Positions 24,895-33,378 of a stretch of 64,000 nt of DNA are shown one piece after another. The translations under genes and the position numbers were made by a program. A model generated the notes under the pieces. That model was not told the origin of the DNA. It searched no databases and was given only the letters and a program-made list of their open reading frames with translations. Numbering within the stretch: the stretch's first letter is position 1; each line of letters opens with the position of its first letter. Origin of the DNA: Chloroflexota bacterium (lineage in GTDB: Bacteria > Chloroflexota > Dehalococcoidia > DSTF01 > RBG-16-68-14); NCBI GenBank assembly GCA_003228685.1, contig QIFC01000118.1:16578-80577 (forward strand). The letters are read 5' to 3'.

Positions 24895-25551
24895 GTGCCC
24901 CGCAGGGTTTCCAGACAGACAACAAGAACCGCCTATCACCACGGCGACTTGAGGTCCGCAGCGATTTCCGGCGCGGTTGACATCATCAAGGAAGAGGGCT
25001 TGGACGCGGTTTCGATGCGGAACGTCGCCGGACGTGCCGGCGTCACGCACGGCGCGCTCTACCAGCACTTCGAGAACAAGAAGTTCCTCCTGTCGGCGGT
25101 GTCGGAACAAGGTTACGTGAGATTGGCTACCAGGATGCGTGCCGCCCAGAGGCGAGCCGGCGGCGAGCCGCTCGGAGGAATCCGGGCGTTGGCTGTCGCC
25201 TACGTCTTCTTCGCCGCGGACGAGCCGGCCCATTTTCGCGTCATGAGCGAGCTAGAACTCACGTGCGCAGAGGACGAGTATCCACCGCTCTGGGAGGCCC
25301 ACAACATCGTAGTTGGTTTGATCGTTCAGGCAGTCGAGGCGGCGCAGCGCAGCAAGACGCTACGAGCCGCCAACTCGAGGGACGTCGCGATGACGTTGTG
25401 GGCGTTCACCCACGGCTACGCGGAGACCAGCCGCACGCGGAGGGGCTTCTTCCACGAACTCGCCGATCCACCGAAGGGTAAGCCCGCCATCAAGCGCCAT
25501 TTCTTGTCCGTGCTCGAACCTGTGTTGGCCGGACTTCAGCGCGGCTCCTAA
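24895..25551 (+). CDS. TetR/AcrR family transcriptional regulator
   Basis: TAYHHGDLRSAAISGAVDIIKEEGLDAVSMRNVAGRAGVTHGALYQHFENKKFLL is a TetR HTH. The start is uncertain. I chose GTG at 24895, and the listed ORF begins at 24643. Confidence 0.7.
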   Translation: MPRRVSRQTTRTAYHHGDLRSAAISGAVDIIKEEGLDAVSMRNVAGRAGVTHGALYQHFENKKFLLSAVSEQGYVRLATRMRAAQRRAGGEPLGGIRALAVAYVFFAADEPAHFRVMSELELTCAEDEYPPLWEAHNIVVGLIVQAVEAAQRSKTLRAANSRDVAMTLWAFTHGYAETSRTRRGFFHELADPPKGKPAIKRHFLSVLEPVLAGLQRGS

Positions 25552-25585
25552 TCCCAGGCGGTTGCGCTGCTCACGCAACTATGCT

Positions 25586-25610
25586 TTAATCTGACCAGCG
25601 GTTAGATTAA
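25586..25610. promoter_or_regulatory. Candidate TetR operator
   Basis: TTAATCT-N11-AGATTAA inverted repeat abutting the start codon of the downstream PEP-mutase-family gene. Confidence 0.3.
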
Positions 25611-26431
25611 TGAAGCAAGAGAACCATGCGACCCACCACGCACATGAGCGTGCTGAGCGTTTCAGGACCCTGCATGAAGGGCCGGAAATCCTTCTACTGC
25701 CCGGTGTATGGGATGTCGTCAGCGCGCGCATTTTCGCTGCCGAGGGGTTTCCCGCCCTCGGCACGACCAGCGCAGGCATCTGCTGGAGCGTTGGACGAGA
25801 GCACGGCTGGCCGGCGTTCCTGGAGGCAAGCAAACGCATCGCGGACTCCGTGCCAATCCCGGTGTCCTTCGATATCGAGTCCGGGTTCTCAGACCAGCTT
25901 GAAGGTATCGTCGGACACGTATCGCAAGTGATCGACGCCGGTGCTTGCGGGATCAATATCGAAGACGGTTTCGCCGACGGCACCCTAGTTGATCCGCAAC
26001 GTCACGTCGAGAGGCTGGAAGCCATCCGAACTCTCTGCAAAGACCGGGACTATCCGCTCTTCATCAACGCGCGTACGGATGTGTTTCTCGGGGGGTCAGA
26101 AGACCTGGGCGAAGCGATCGATCGCTGCAATCGCTATGTCGATGCCGGCGCTGACGGCGTCTTTGTGCCAGGTCTCATGAACGGGTCAGACATCGCTGAG
26201 ATAGCGAAAGAGGTGGCAGTCCCTGTGAACATCTACGCGCTTCCCGGAGTGCCATCGCCAGCGATGCTTCTACAGATGGGCGCCAGACGCATCAGTCTAG
26301 GATGTGGGCCCCAGCAATCGGCGCTCGCTCACGTCCGCTCGCTCGCCCGGTCACTGAAGGATCATGGCGACTACCGAGCGTTCACTGATAACTGGATGTC
26401 CTATGAGGACGCGGAACAGCTTTGTAGCTGA
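25610..26431 (+). CDS. Isocitrate lyase/PEP mutase superfamily protein
   Basis: RFRTLHEGPEILLLPGVWDVVSARIFAAEGFPALGTTSAG... and ...GINIEDG... match the PEP mutase/2-methylisocitrate lyase-like pattern. Confidence 0.8.
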   Translation: MKQENHATHHAHERAERFRTLHEGPEILLLPGVWDVVSARIFAAEGFPALGTTSAGICWSVGREHGWPAFLEASKRIADSVPIPVSFDIESGFSDQLEGIVGHVSQVIDAGACGINIEDGFADGTLVDPQRHVERLEAIRTLCKDRDYPLFINARTDVFLGGSEDLGEAIDRCNRYVDAGADGVFVPGLMNGSDIAEIAKEVAVPVNIYALPGVPSPAMLLQMGARRISLGCGPQQSALAHVRSLARSLKDHGDYRAFTDNWMSYEDAEQLCS

Positions 26432-26446
26432 CGAGGAGCACCACCG

Positions 26447-26887
26447 ATGTCCACCCCAGAAGAGATCGAGCGGTTTCTGAAAACGTACACGAATTCTTGG
26501 ACTCGGAACCCTGACAGAACGACGCGGATCTTTCACGAGGGCGGCGGCGTGCAATACCCGGGTCTCCGAGAGCCGATTCAGCCGGATGTCCAGACATCCA
26601 TGACGGACCTCTTCCACGCAGCAGCGCCGGACACCAACGTCCGCCTACTCAACTGGGCGGAGCGAGACAATGTCCTATTCGCCGAGTGGGAACTGAGTTG
26701 TACGCTGGATGGCCGCCCGTTGAAGATCCACGGCGTAAACCGCTTTCATCTCGCAGGTGATCAGGCGGCCGACGCAAGTGGCTTCGTCGACAGGTTGGGG
26801 CTGCTGGAGTTCATTGAGCCGGGCGCCGAGTCGTTCGACTTGCGCGACAAGCTCCGGTCCCTCGCGAACAGAGACGAGGACGCCTGA
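26447..26887 (+). CDS. NTF2-like (SnoaL-type) family protein
   Basis: 146 aa. The size and pattern (..FHEGGGVQYPG..., ...HGVNRFHLAGDQ...) suggest a SnoaL-like fold. Weak assignment. Confidence 0.5.
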   Translation: MSTPEEIERFLKTYTNSWTRNPDRTTRIFHEGGGVQYPGLREPIQPDVQTSMTDLFHAAAPDTNVRLLNWAERDNVLFAEWELSCTLDGRPLKIHGVNRFHLAGDQAADASGFVDRLGLLEFIEPGAESFDLRDKLRSLANRDEDA

Positions 26888-26934
26888 TCCGCCGCTGCCG
26901 CACGGTAGCAGGTTCGCTCCCAGGCGGGTCGCCA

Positions 26935-26957
26935 TTGGGCTGAAGCCCGACCGCAAT
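26935..26957. repeat. Short post-gene hairpin repeat (family member 3)
   Basis: TTGGGCTGAAGCCCGACCGCAAT. Stem GGGC/GCCC with loop TGAA. It shares GAAGCCCGACC-GC-AT with 24611. Confidence 0.5.
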
Positions 26958-26960
26958 CCT

Positions 26961-27659
26961 TTAGGAGGACGTCAGATCGACGTCGCCGTTGCGCAGGTGG
27001 TGGGAGTCGTTCAGACGCTTCAGCATGCGCCGGTTCTCGAGCGAGGCGATCACGCTGATCGAGGTGTGGTCCGGCCCGAAGACGAAATCGTACGGCGACT
27101 TCACGACGTGGCTGACGTAGGCGTTGATCACGCCCGCGTGGCAAACGATGGCGATGCGCTCGGCGCGCTGCGTCCAGATCGCCTGCTCCACAGCGTTGAT
27201 CGCGCGGTTACGAAACTCGGCGCTGCCCTCTGAGTAGGGGTAGGCATCCGCCGTCTTCTCGCTGATCAGCCGCGATTGAAGCGCCCGCAGCAGTTCCCGC
27301 GTGATGTGCTTGTCCAGTGGCTGGTCGCCCGGCAGGTCGCGAAAGACCTCATGCTCGCGCAGGTCCTCGATGACTTGCGGCTCCAGGTCGTGATGCGACG
27401 TAAGGGCCAGCGCGGTATCGTGCGCGCGCTGGAGGTTGCTCGCGAACACAGCATCGAAGTGCACGCTGGCCAACGACTCACCCAACGCCTTCGCCTGCTG
27501 CCGCCCGCGCTCGCTGAGCGGCGGGTCGCGAAAGTCGGACGCGGTCTGCATGTCGCGGGTCTGCTCGCCGTGGCGAATTAGCAACACCTCCATGACCCCG
27601 TCGATCGCCAGATACATGCGGTCGAGCGGCGAAGGCCGTGGTCTCGGTTCTTCGGTCAT
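26961..27659 (-). CDS. Histidine phosphatase (phosphoglycerate mutase) family protein
   Basis: ...[10 protein letters not shown]... is the RHG catalytic motif, with a later H (..CHAGVINA..). ATG at 27659 overlaps the hemL stop (ATGA). Confidence 0.8.
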   Translation of the reverse strand: MTEEPRPRPSPLDRMYLAIDGVMEVLLIRHGEQTRDMQTASDFRDPPLSERGRQQAKALGESLASVHFDAVFASNLQRAHDTALALTSHHDLEPQVIEDLREHEVFRDLPGDQPLDKHITRELLRALQSRLISEKTADAYPYSEGSAEFRNRAINAVEQAIWTQRAERIAIVCHAGVINAYVSHVVKSPYDFVFGPDHTSISVIASLENRRMLKRLNDSHHLRNGDVDLTSS

Positions 27660-28951
27660 CTGCGCACCTCCTGGAACGCCTCCTCCGCGGCCGCGAGCGT
27701 CGTCTCGACGTCCGCATCGAGATGCGCGAACGACGTGAACCACGACTCGAACTGCGAAGGCGGCAGATAGACGCCGCGCTCGAGCATCGCGTTGAAAAAA
27801 CGCGCGTGGCGTTTCGTGTCGCAGCGCTTCGCGCTCGCGTAGTCAGTCACGGGGCTGTCGGTAAAGAAGAGTGTGAACATCGATCCCAGACGATTGATCT
27901 GCAGGTCGACCTCCGCGCGTTGCGCACGCTCGGCCAGGCCTTGGGCCAGCTTCTCCGTGAGGTCGTCGAGCGCGCGGTAGCCCGCGCCTTCCTTGAGGAT
28001 GCGCAGCGTGGCGATGCCGACGGCCATCGCCATCGGGTTGCCCGAGAGCGTTCCCGCCTGGTAGACGGGACCGGACGGGGCGATCTGCTCCATGATGTCC
28101 CGCCGCCCGCCGTAGGCGCCGACGGGCAGCCCTCCGCCGATGATCTTGCCGAGGCAGGTCAGATCCGGGCGCACGCCGTAGCGCTCCTGCGCGCCGCCCG
28201 GCCCGGCGCGGAAGCCCGTGACCACCTCATCGAAGATCAGGAGCGCGCCCGCCTCGCGCGTGATCTCGCGCAGGCCGGCGAGGAAGCTGTCCGCGGGCGG
28301 TACCACGCCCATGTTCGCGGCGACTGGTTCGACGATCAGGCAAGCGATCTCGTCCCGGTGCTGCTCGAAAACTGCGCGGACGGCATCGAGATCGTTGTAG
28401 GGAGCGAGCAGCGTCTGCTTGGCGTACGACGCCGGGACGCCGGGGCTGTCCGGCAGGCCGAGCGTCGCGACGCCGGAGCCTGCCTTCGCGAGCAGGCCGT
28501 CCGCGTGGCCGTGGTAGCCGCCTTCAAACTTCACGATCAGGTCGCGGCCTGTGAATCCGCGCGCCAGCCGCAACGCCGACATTGTCGCTTCCGTCCCTGA
28601 GTTGACGAACCGCACCATCTCGATCGATGGCACGGCGTCGACGACGAGCTGCGCCATCACAAGCTCCAGCTCGGTCGACGCGCCAAAGCTGGTGCCACGC
28701 TCGGCGGCTCGCTGGATGATCGCGATGATCGACGGATGCGCGTGGCCGAGGATCAGCGGCCCCCACGAGAGCATGTAGTCGATGTATTCGTTGCCATCGA
28801 CATCGAAGAGGCGCGCTCCCTTCCCATACGCGATGATGGGTGGCTCGCCGCCAACGGCCTGGAACGCCCGCACGGGGCTGTTCACGCCGCCCGGCATCAC
28901 TTCCTGCGCGGCGGCGAAGATCTTACGAGAGCGCGTACGATCGTCACTCAT
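27656..28951 (-). CDS. hemL: Glutamate-1-semialdehyde 2,1-aminomutase
   Basis: From ATG 28951: [38 protein letters not shown]...  matches the HemL N-terminus. Class III aminotransferase. The upstream 66 codons of the listed ORF look non-coding. Confidence 0.93.
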   Translation of the reverse strand: MSDDRTRSRKIFAAAQEVMPGGVNSPVRAFQAVGGEPPIIAYGKGARLFDVDGNEYIDYMLSWGPLILGHAHPSIIAIIQRAAERGTSFGASTELELVMAQLVVDAVPSIEMVRFVNSGTEATMSALRLARGFTGRDLIVKFEGGYHGHADGLLAKAGSGVATLGLPDSPGVPASYAKQTLLAPYNDLDAVRAVFEQHRDEIACLIVEPVAANMGVVPPADSFLAGLREITREAGALLIFDEVVTGFRAGPGGAQERYGVRPDLTCLGKIIGGGLPVGAYGGRRDIMEQIAPSGPVYQAGTLSGNPMAMAVGIATLRILKEGAGYRALDDLTEKLAQGLAERAQRAEVDLQINRLGSMFTLFFTDSPVTDYASAKRCDTKRHARFFNAMLERGVYLPPSQFESWFTSFAHLDADVETTLAAAEEAFQEVRR

Positions 28952-29007
28952 AGCTAGCACAGCTTCGCACAGATGGCGGCACGGCGCGAGGTGGAAGCTA
29001 GAGAAAT

Positions 29008-29724
29008 CTAGCCGACGAGCGAAACCAGATCGGTGAGCGACGTGATTGTGTGCTGTGGTGGCTCGATGTCGTCCGGCCAGGCCGCGTCGTGGCGATTGAT
29101 CCAGGCCTGGCCCATGCCGGCATTCCGTGAACCCTCGACGTCGGCCCACGGTGTGTCGCCGACATAGAGCGCCTCTGACGGCTGAATGCCCATGCGTTCG
29201 CAGGTCTCGCGAAAGATCGAGACGTGTGGCTTGTAGACGTTCAGTTCTTCGGAAGAAACCACGGTCTCGAACGTCAGGCCGTTCTTAGCGATACTGCCCT
29301 GCAAGAAGGCATCGTCTGCGTTTGAGAGGACGGCTAGCCGGCAGGAGCGGCCCAACTTCCGCAGCGTGTCGCGAACTTCGGGGTAGAGTTCCGCTTCGAT
29401 GTGGAGGGCGGTGTAGGCGTCTGCCCCTAGCTCACCTCCGGCTTCAACACCCCAGAATTGAAACAGTTCGCCGAATCGCTCACGCCAAGAGTCCCAGAAA
29501 GTGCGGAACTCGAACGGCTCGCCATCGGTTGCGGGTCTGGCGTTATGGCTGACGCCAAACCGTAGGTTCCAGTCACCCGACGTGTGCTCGATCCACTGCT
29601 GGTACGCCTCGCCGGGCGCTAGCTGATGACCAACATCGCGCGCGATACCGTCGAACATTCGCTGGCGCGGCGGCTCATGCAGCTGTGCCAACGTTTCGTA
29701 GTAGTCGAAGATGATGGCTCTCAT
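29008..29724 (-). CDS. HAD-superfamily hydrolase
   Basis: [12 protein letters not shown] (DxYxT variant of motif I)...VLSNAD...[12 protein letters not shown] (motif IV). Confidence 0.8.
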   Translation of the reverse strand: MRAIIFDYYETLAQLHEPPRQRMFDGIARDVGHQLAPGEAYQQWIEHTSGDWNLRFGVSHNARPATDGEPFEFRTFWDSWRERFGELFQFWGVEAGGELGADAYTALHIEAELYPEVRDTLRKLGRSCRLAVLSNADDAFLQGSIAKNGLTFETVVSSEELNVYKPHVSIFRETCERMGIQPSEALYVGDTPWADVEGSRNAGMGQAWINRHDAAWPDDIEPPQHTITSLTDLVSLVG

Positions 29725-29730
29725 GGCGGC

Positions 29731-29770
29731 CACAGACGAACACAGATTGGCACAGATTGACGCAGATGAA
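29731..29770 (+). repeat. Four tandem decamers CACAGAYNNN (left island boundary)
   Basis: CACAGACGAA CACAGATTGG CACAGATTGA CGCAGATGAA. Confidence 0.85.
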
Positions 29771-29801
29771 TACTCCTTGAGGGAAGTGAAATTCTAGATA
29801 G

Positions 29802-30074
29802 CTACTCGACGAGCTTACTCGCCTCCCTGTAGATCGAACTCCTCGGGCCTACGAGTCGGACGACGAGTTCGTCCGGGTTGCCATCGTAAGTGTAGATTAT
29901 GCGATACCCGCCAATGCGCCTCTTGTAGAAGTCACCGAGATTCCCTTCAAGTGGATGATGAACAATTTCCGTGCGGTGCTTCCATATCCAGTCCGCCTTG
30001 TCCAAAATTCTCTTGACATCTTTGGAAGGAATGCCGCTTAGCGCGTCCTCGTGGATAAGCGGCTGTGTGCTCAT
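29802..30074 (-). CDS. RelE/ParE-family type II toxin
   Basis: ...HHPLEGNLGDFYKRRIGGYRIIYTYDGNPDELVVRLVGPRSSIY... is the canonical RelE/ParE C-terminal pattern. Its ATG overlaps the upstream gene's TGA (TGATG). Confidence 0.8.
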   Translation of the reverse strand: MSTQPLIHEDALSGIPSKDVKRILDKADWIWKHRTEIVHHPLEGNLGDFYKRRIGGYRIIYTYDGNPDELVVRLVGPRSSIYREASKLVE

Positions 30075-30799
30075 CAAGCAGTTGAATTCTTCCTGGCCTC
30101 ATCAAGAGACAAGAGCTTGCCTGTCTTCATTGACGCCTGAAGCCTCTCAGCAGTTTCTGGCCGAAGCTCCAAGTTCTCATCAGGGTCAGGCATCTTCTCT
30201 TCAAGTTCCTCGATGACGAGATGAAGCCTGTGCACCTCCTGCCGCAACGTAGGTATTTCTGCAAGACTGGTCGTTCTTGCTGACAGAATAAAGTCGTACT
30301 GATCCTTTGGAAAGTCATCCATCGCCTGGTAGCTGCCTTCGTATCCGACGGGTGCCGGCTCATCAAGCGACTGAAACTCAACAGTGAAGAACGGAGTGCC
30401 GAGGCTTAGGGTAATGGGTTCTGGCCCAACATTTAGCAGACTCAATGTGAGTCTGCCTTCGTAACCGGGATCAATTTGGGGGCCTCCGAAGGAGTTCATC
30501 CCCTTTCGAGCGAACTCTGAGCGAATCCCAATTTTGCCACAGATGCTCAATGGAAGTTGTACGCGTTCCTGAGAAATCGCAGCGACCATCTGGCCAGACT
30601 GCACCTTGTAGCTTGGGCTGTTGTCATTCAACTCAATCACAGCCCCGAGGATGTCTTGGCTTAGCGGACTTGCGAGAATTTTGGGGCCAAGAAGAAGATC
30701 GTAGCTGGCGGGCTGAACGAGGTCTTGGTCAAACGGCGACAGCACTAACTCGCCTGATTCGACCAAGCGGCGAATCTGCGAACCTGAGAGCATCCCCAT
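30074..30799 (-). CDS. dCTP deaminase/dUTPase-fold protein with about 80-aa coiled-coil/antitoxin-like C-terminal extension
   Basis: ATG at 30799 lies 6 nt after AAGGAGG. MGMLSGSQIRRLVESGELVLSPFDQDLVQPASYDLLLG...GIRSEFARKG...QIDPGYEGRLTLSLLNVGPEPITL...GSYQ align by eye with Dcd. The C-terminus reads ...LRQEVHRLHLVIEELEEKMPDPDENLELRPETAERLQASMKTGKLLSLDEARK. Confidence 0.75.
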   Translation of the reverse strand: MGMLSGSQIRRLVESGELVLSPFDQDLVQPASYDLLLGPKILASPLSQDILGAVIELNDNSPSYKVQSGQMVAAISQERVQLPLSICGKIGIRSEFARKGMNSFGGPQIDPGYEGRLTLSLLNVGPEPITLSLGTPFFTVEFQSLDEPAPVGYEGSYQAMDDFPKDQYDFILSARTTSLAEIPTLRQEVHRLHLVIEELEEKMPDPDENLELRPETAERLQASMKTGKLLSLDEARKNSTA

Positions 30800-30811
30800 C
30801 TCTAGCCTCCT

Positions 30812-30846
30812 TTGACAAAACAGCCCTAGGGCTGTACCCTGGTCAA
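30812..30846. promoter_or_regulatory. Nested palindrome upstream of the Dcd-like/RelE pair (candidate operator)
   Basis: TTGAC-AAA-ACAGCCCTAGGGCTGT-ACCCTG-GTCAA. The inner 16-bp perfect palindrome is at 30820-30835. It sits directly upstream of the RBS. Confidence 0.4.
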
Positions 30847-30945
30847 TGGAAACGACATAAATCCCCATTGGGTGCGGGGTAAAGCCCCAAGGCAGTGCCT
30901 ACCGGCCAGGGTAGGCATTTCGCTTTGTCTATCGGTAGTCTAACA

Positions 30946-31164
30946 CTAAGCAACCCGCCTGGTACAAGCTCTCAACGATTCGTAGTCTCCAACACGCATT
31001 TGCGCGAAGGCCTCCGCCTGCATCACCAGAACGCCAGTTAAGCAGAGCAACGAGATTTTCGCAAGCCCGCGACGGCAGCGCTGGCCGAGCTGATTGTGAA
31101 CTTCAAACGCTGAACCAACGATCTCACGAGTCAGCTCTTGATGTGGATACTTCTCCACCGCCAT
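30946..31164 (-). pseudogene. Degenerate GxxExxY-family (PD-(D/E)XK-like) gene remnant
   Basis: The N-terminus MAVEKYPHQELTREIVGSAFEVHNQLG matches the GxxExxY family start. After that, similarity jumps between frames (..CENLVALL.. in +2, ..VGDYESL.. in the original) and the ORF is only about 72 aa, against the ~125 aa I recall for the family. Confidence 0.5.
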
Positions 31165-31194
31165 ATTATCTGTGTCCATCTGTGAGAATCTGTG
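31165..31194 (-). repeat. Three tandem decamers CACAGATNNN (right island boundary, inverted relative to 29731..29770)
   Basis: The minus strand reads CACAGATTCT CACAGATGGA CACAGATAAT. Confidence 0.85.
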
Positions 31195-31206
31195 GCGAAG
31201 TTCAGC

Positions 31207-31440
31207 CTACGCTTCGAGGCCGAGGAATTCCTTCATCGCGCCGCGCAATTGCGCCCGATGCTCCGGCATGCCCAGGTTGAGGCCGTGGTGGTTGATGAGG
31301 TTGCCGGACATGGCGCGCCACTCGCCCCAGCAATCGGTGCAGATCGTCTCTACGATCTTCTCGCCGAGGGGGCCGCCCATCGGCGCTTCATCGATCTGCT
31401 CTTTGTCGTTGGCGCAGCGGTCACACTTGATAGTGGCCAT
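31207..31440 (-). CDS. yggX: Fe(II)-trafficking / oxidative-damage protection protein (YggX family)
   Basis: 77 aa. MATIKCDRCANDKEQIDEAPMGGPLGEKIVETICTDCWGEWRAMSGNLINHHGLNLGMPEHRAQL... parallels YggX (..W..W......LINE..LN......R..L). Confidence 0.7.
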   Translation of the reverse strand: MATIKCDRCANDKEQIDEAPMGGPLGEKIVETICTDCWGEWRAMSGNLINHHGLNLGMPEHRAQLRGAMKEFLGLEA

Positions 31441-31452
31441 GTAATCTCCTTC

Positions 31453-32466
31453 TTACGCGGAATGTTCCGCGGGATCGTCCGAAAGCCAGCGAGCGGCTTC
31501 CTTCGCGTGATAGGTGATGATGATGTCCGCGCCGGCGCGCTTGATCGACATGAGTATCTCCAGCACGACCCGGGATCCGTCCAGCCAGCCGTTACGCGCG
31601 GCCGCGTGGACCATGGAGTACTCGCCGCTGACGTTGTACGCGGCGAGCGGCAAGTCGAAGCTCTGACGCGCCCGCGAGAGCACGTCCAGGTACGCGAGCG
31701 CCGGCTTCACCATGACGATGTCCGCGCCCTCAGCGATGTCCGTCTCGATCTCCCGCAGCGCCTCGCGGACATTTGGCGGGTCCATCTGATAGCTGCGGCG
31801 GTCGCCGAACTGCGGCGCAGAATCGGCGGCCTCGCGGAACGGCCCATAGAACGCCGACGCGTACTTCGCGGAGTAGGCCATGATCGGCGTGCTGTCGAAG
31901 TTCCCGTCGTCTAGCGCGGAGCGGATGGCCGCGACGCGGCCGTCCATCATGTCCGACGGCGCGATGACGTCCGCGCCGGCTCGCGCGTGCGAGACCGCGG
32001 TGCGCGAGAGCAGGTCGAGCGAGCTGTCGTTGTCGATTTCGCCGTCGACGACCACGCCGCAGTGGCCGTAGGACGTGTACTCACAGAGGCAAACGTCCGT
32101 CATCACGACCAGGCCGCGGTCGGCGGCCTTCAGCGTGCGGACGGCCTCCTGGACGATGCCGCCGTCCGCGTAGGCCTCGCTGCCCTGTTCGTCCTTGGCG
32201 GCGGGGAGGCCGAACAGCAGGACGGCCGGCACGCCGAGTTCGCGTAGCTCCTCCGCCTCGCCGGCCAGCCGGTCGAGCGAGAGGTGGTACTGGCCGGGCA
32301 TCGATGGGATCTCTTCGCGCACGTTCTGCCCGTGCGTGACGAACAGCGGATAGACGAAGTCGTCCGGCCGCAGCGCCGTCTCGCGCACGAGCCGGCGCAA
32401 CCCTTCGCTGCCACGCAGGCGGCGGAAGCGCTCGATCGGAGGGTTCGTTGTGATGTCGACTGTCAT
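31453..32466 (-). CDS. hemB: Porphobilinogen synthase (delta-aminolevulinate dehydratase)
   Basis: 337 aa. ...[29 protein letters not shown]..., ...[14 protein letters not shown]... (Zn-Cys motif) and ...VKPA.... Confidence 0.93.
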   Translation of the reverse strand: MTVDITTNPPIERFRRLRGSEGLRRLVRETALRPDDFVYPLFVTHGQNVREEIPSMPGQYHLSLDRLAGEAEELRELGVPAVLLFGLPAAKDEQGSEAYADGGIVQEAVRTLKAADRGLVVMTDVCLCEYTSYGHCGVVVDGEIDNDSSLDLLSRTAVSHARAGADVIAPSDMMDGRVAAIRSALDDGNFDSTPIMAYSAKYASAFYGPFREAADSAPQFGDRRSYQMDPPNVREALREIETDIAEGADIVMVKPALAYLDVLSRARQSFDLPLAAYNVSGEYSMVHAAARNGWLDGSRVVLEILMSIKRAGADIIITYHAKEAARWLSDDPAEHSA

Positions 32467-32468
32467 GC

Positions 32469-33347
32469 CTATTCCTGCCGCTGCTGCCGGAGATACGCCT
32501 CCAGGTCACCCATCAGATCGCCGGCCGGCGGCAGGTCCGGCGTTCCAGCACCGATGACGCCACTGTCGATGCGCTGCTCCAGCTCGGTCAGGTACATGCG
32601 CATGTCGTCGTTTTCGACGAGCGCGTCGTCGACCTGCTTTACGAAATCGCGGCTGGCTTCTTCCGCCTTGGCAAGATCCGGCGCGAACGCAAACAGCTTG
32701 TCCAGTTCTTGCAGGAGCGCGAGCGCCCCTTGTGGGTTGACCGCTTCGCCCAGGTACGGCGGCAGCCCCACCCAGAGGCTCGCGGCGGCGAGGTCATTGC
32801 GACGCCAGGCATCGTGCAGCGCGCCAACGATACCTGTCGGGCCCTCGTACTTGGTCCGGCTGATGGTAAGGCCGTCCAACCGCTTCGCCAGCTCCTCTTC
32901 CGTGCTGAAGCCCGTCACCGGCGGCGGTCGTCGGTGTGTCGTCGCGGCGACGAGCGCGCCCAGCGTCAGCAGGCGGCTCCCATCCAGCCGCTCGTAGAGG
33001 CTGCGGACCGTGTCAGAGAACGTCCGCCACTTGAGGTGTGGCTCCGTGCCGATGAACAGCACAACGTCCTCACCGTCGCCGTCATGCTTGTGGTAGTAGA
33101 ACCGGTTCTTGGGCCAGCGGATGTCGCGCTGGCCCTCCTCGGTGAGGCGGATCTGCGGACGCGTCACCGTGAAGTCGAAGAACTCCTCCGGGTCGATCGA
33201 AGCGAAGAGCTTGGCGTCCCAACTCCTGACGAGGTGGCGTACGGCGGCCGTCGCCGCCCTGCCCGCGTCGTTCCAACCACGAAACGCGACGATGAACGTC
33301 GGCTTCCGCAGCTCCGGCAGGTCACCCTCTAGCTCTAGGTATTCCAT
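32469..33347 (-). CDS. PAC2 (proteasome assembly chaperone 2-like) family protein
   Basis: From ATG 33347: [40 protein letters not shown]..., as in bacterial PAC2-family proteins. It lies 2 nt upstream of hemB. Confidence 0.65.
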   Translation of the reverse strand: MEYLELEGDLPELRKPTFIVAFRGWNDAGRAATAAVRHLVRSWDAKLFASIDPEEFFDFTVTRPQIRLTEEGQRDIRWPKNRFYYHKHDGDGEDVVLFIGTEPHLKWRTFSDTVRSLYERLDGSRLLTLGALVAATTHRRPPPVTGFSTEEELAKRLDGLTISRTKYEGPTGIVGALHDAWRRNDLAAASLWVGLPPYLGEAVNPQGALALLQELDKLFAFAPDLAKAEEASRDFVKQVDDALVENDDMRMYLTELEQRIDSGVIGAGTPDLPPAGDLMGDLEAYLRQQRQE

Positions 33348-33378
33348 AGACTCATTATAAACGCCGGGCTTACCGGCG

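Noticed and set aside
27638-28600. 320-aa plus-strand ORF
   Set aside because: It is antisense to hemL, with Arg-rich shadow-frame composition.
31172-31444. 90-aa plus-strand ORF beginning MSICENLW...
   Set aside because: It arises from the decamer repeat array and runs antisense to the YggX-like gene, which has clear family similarity.
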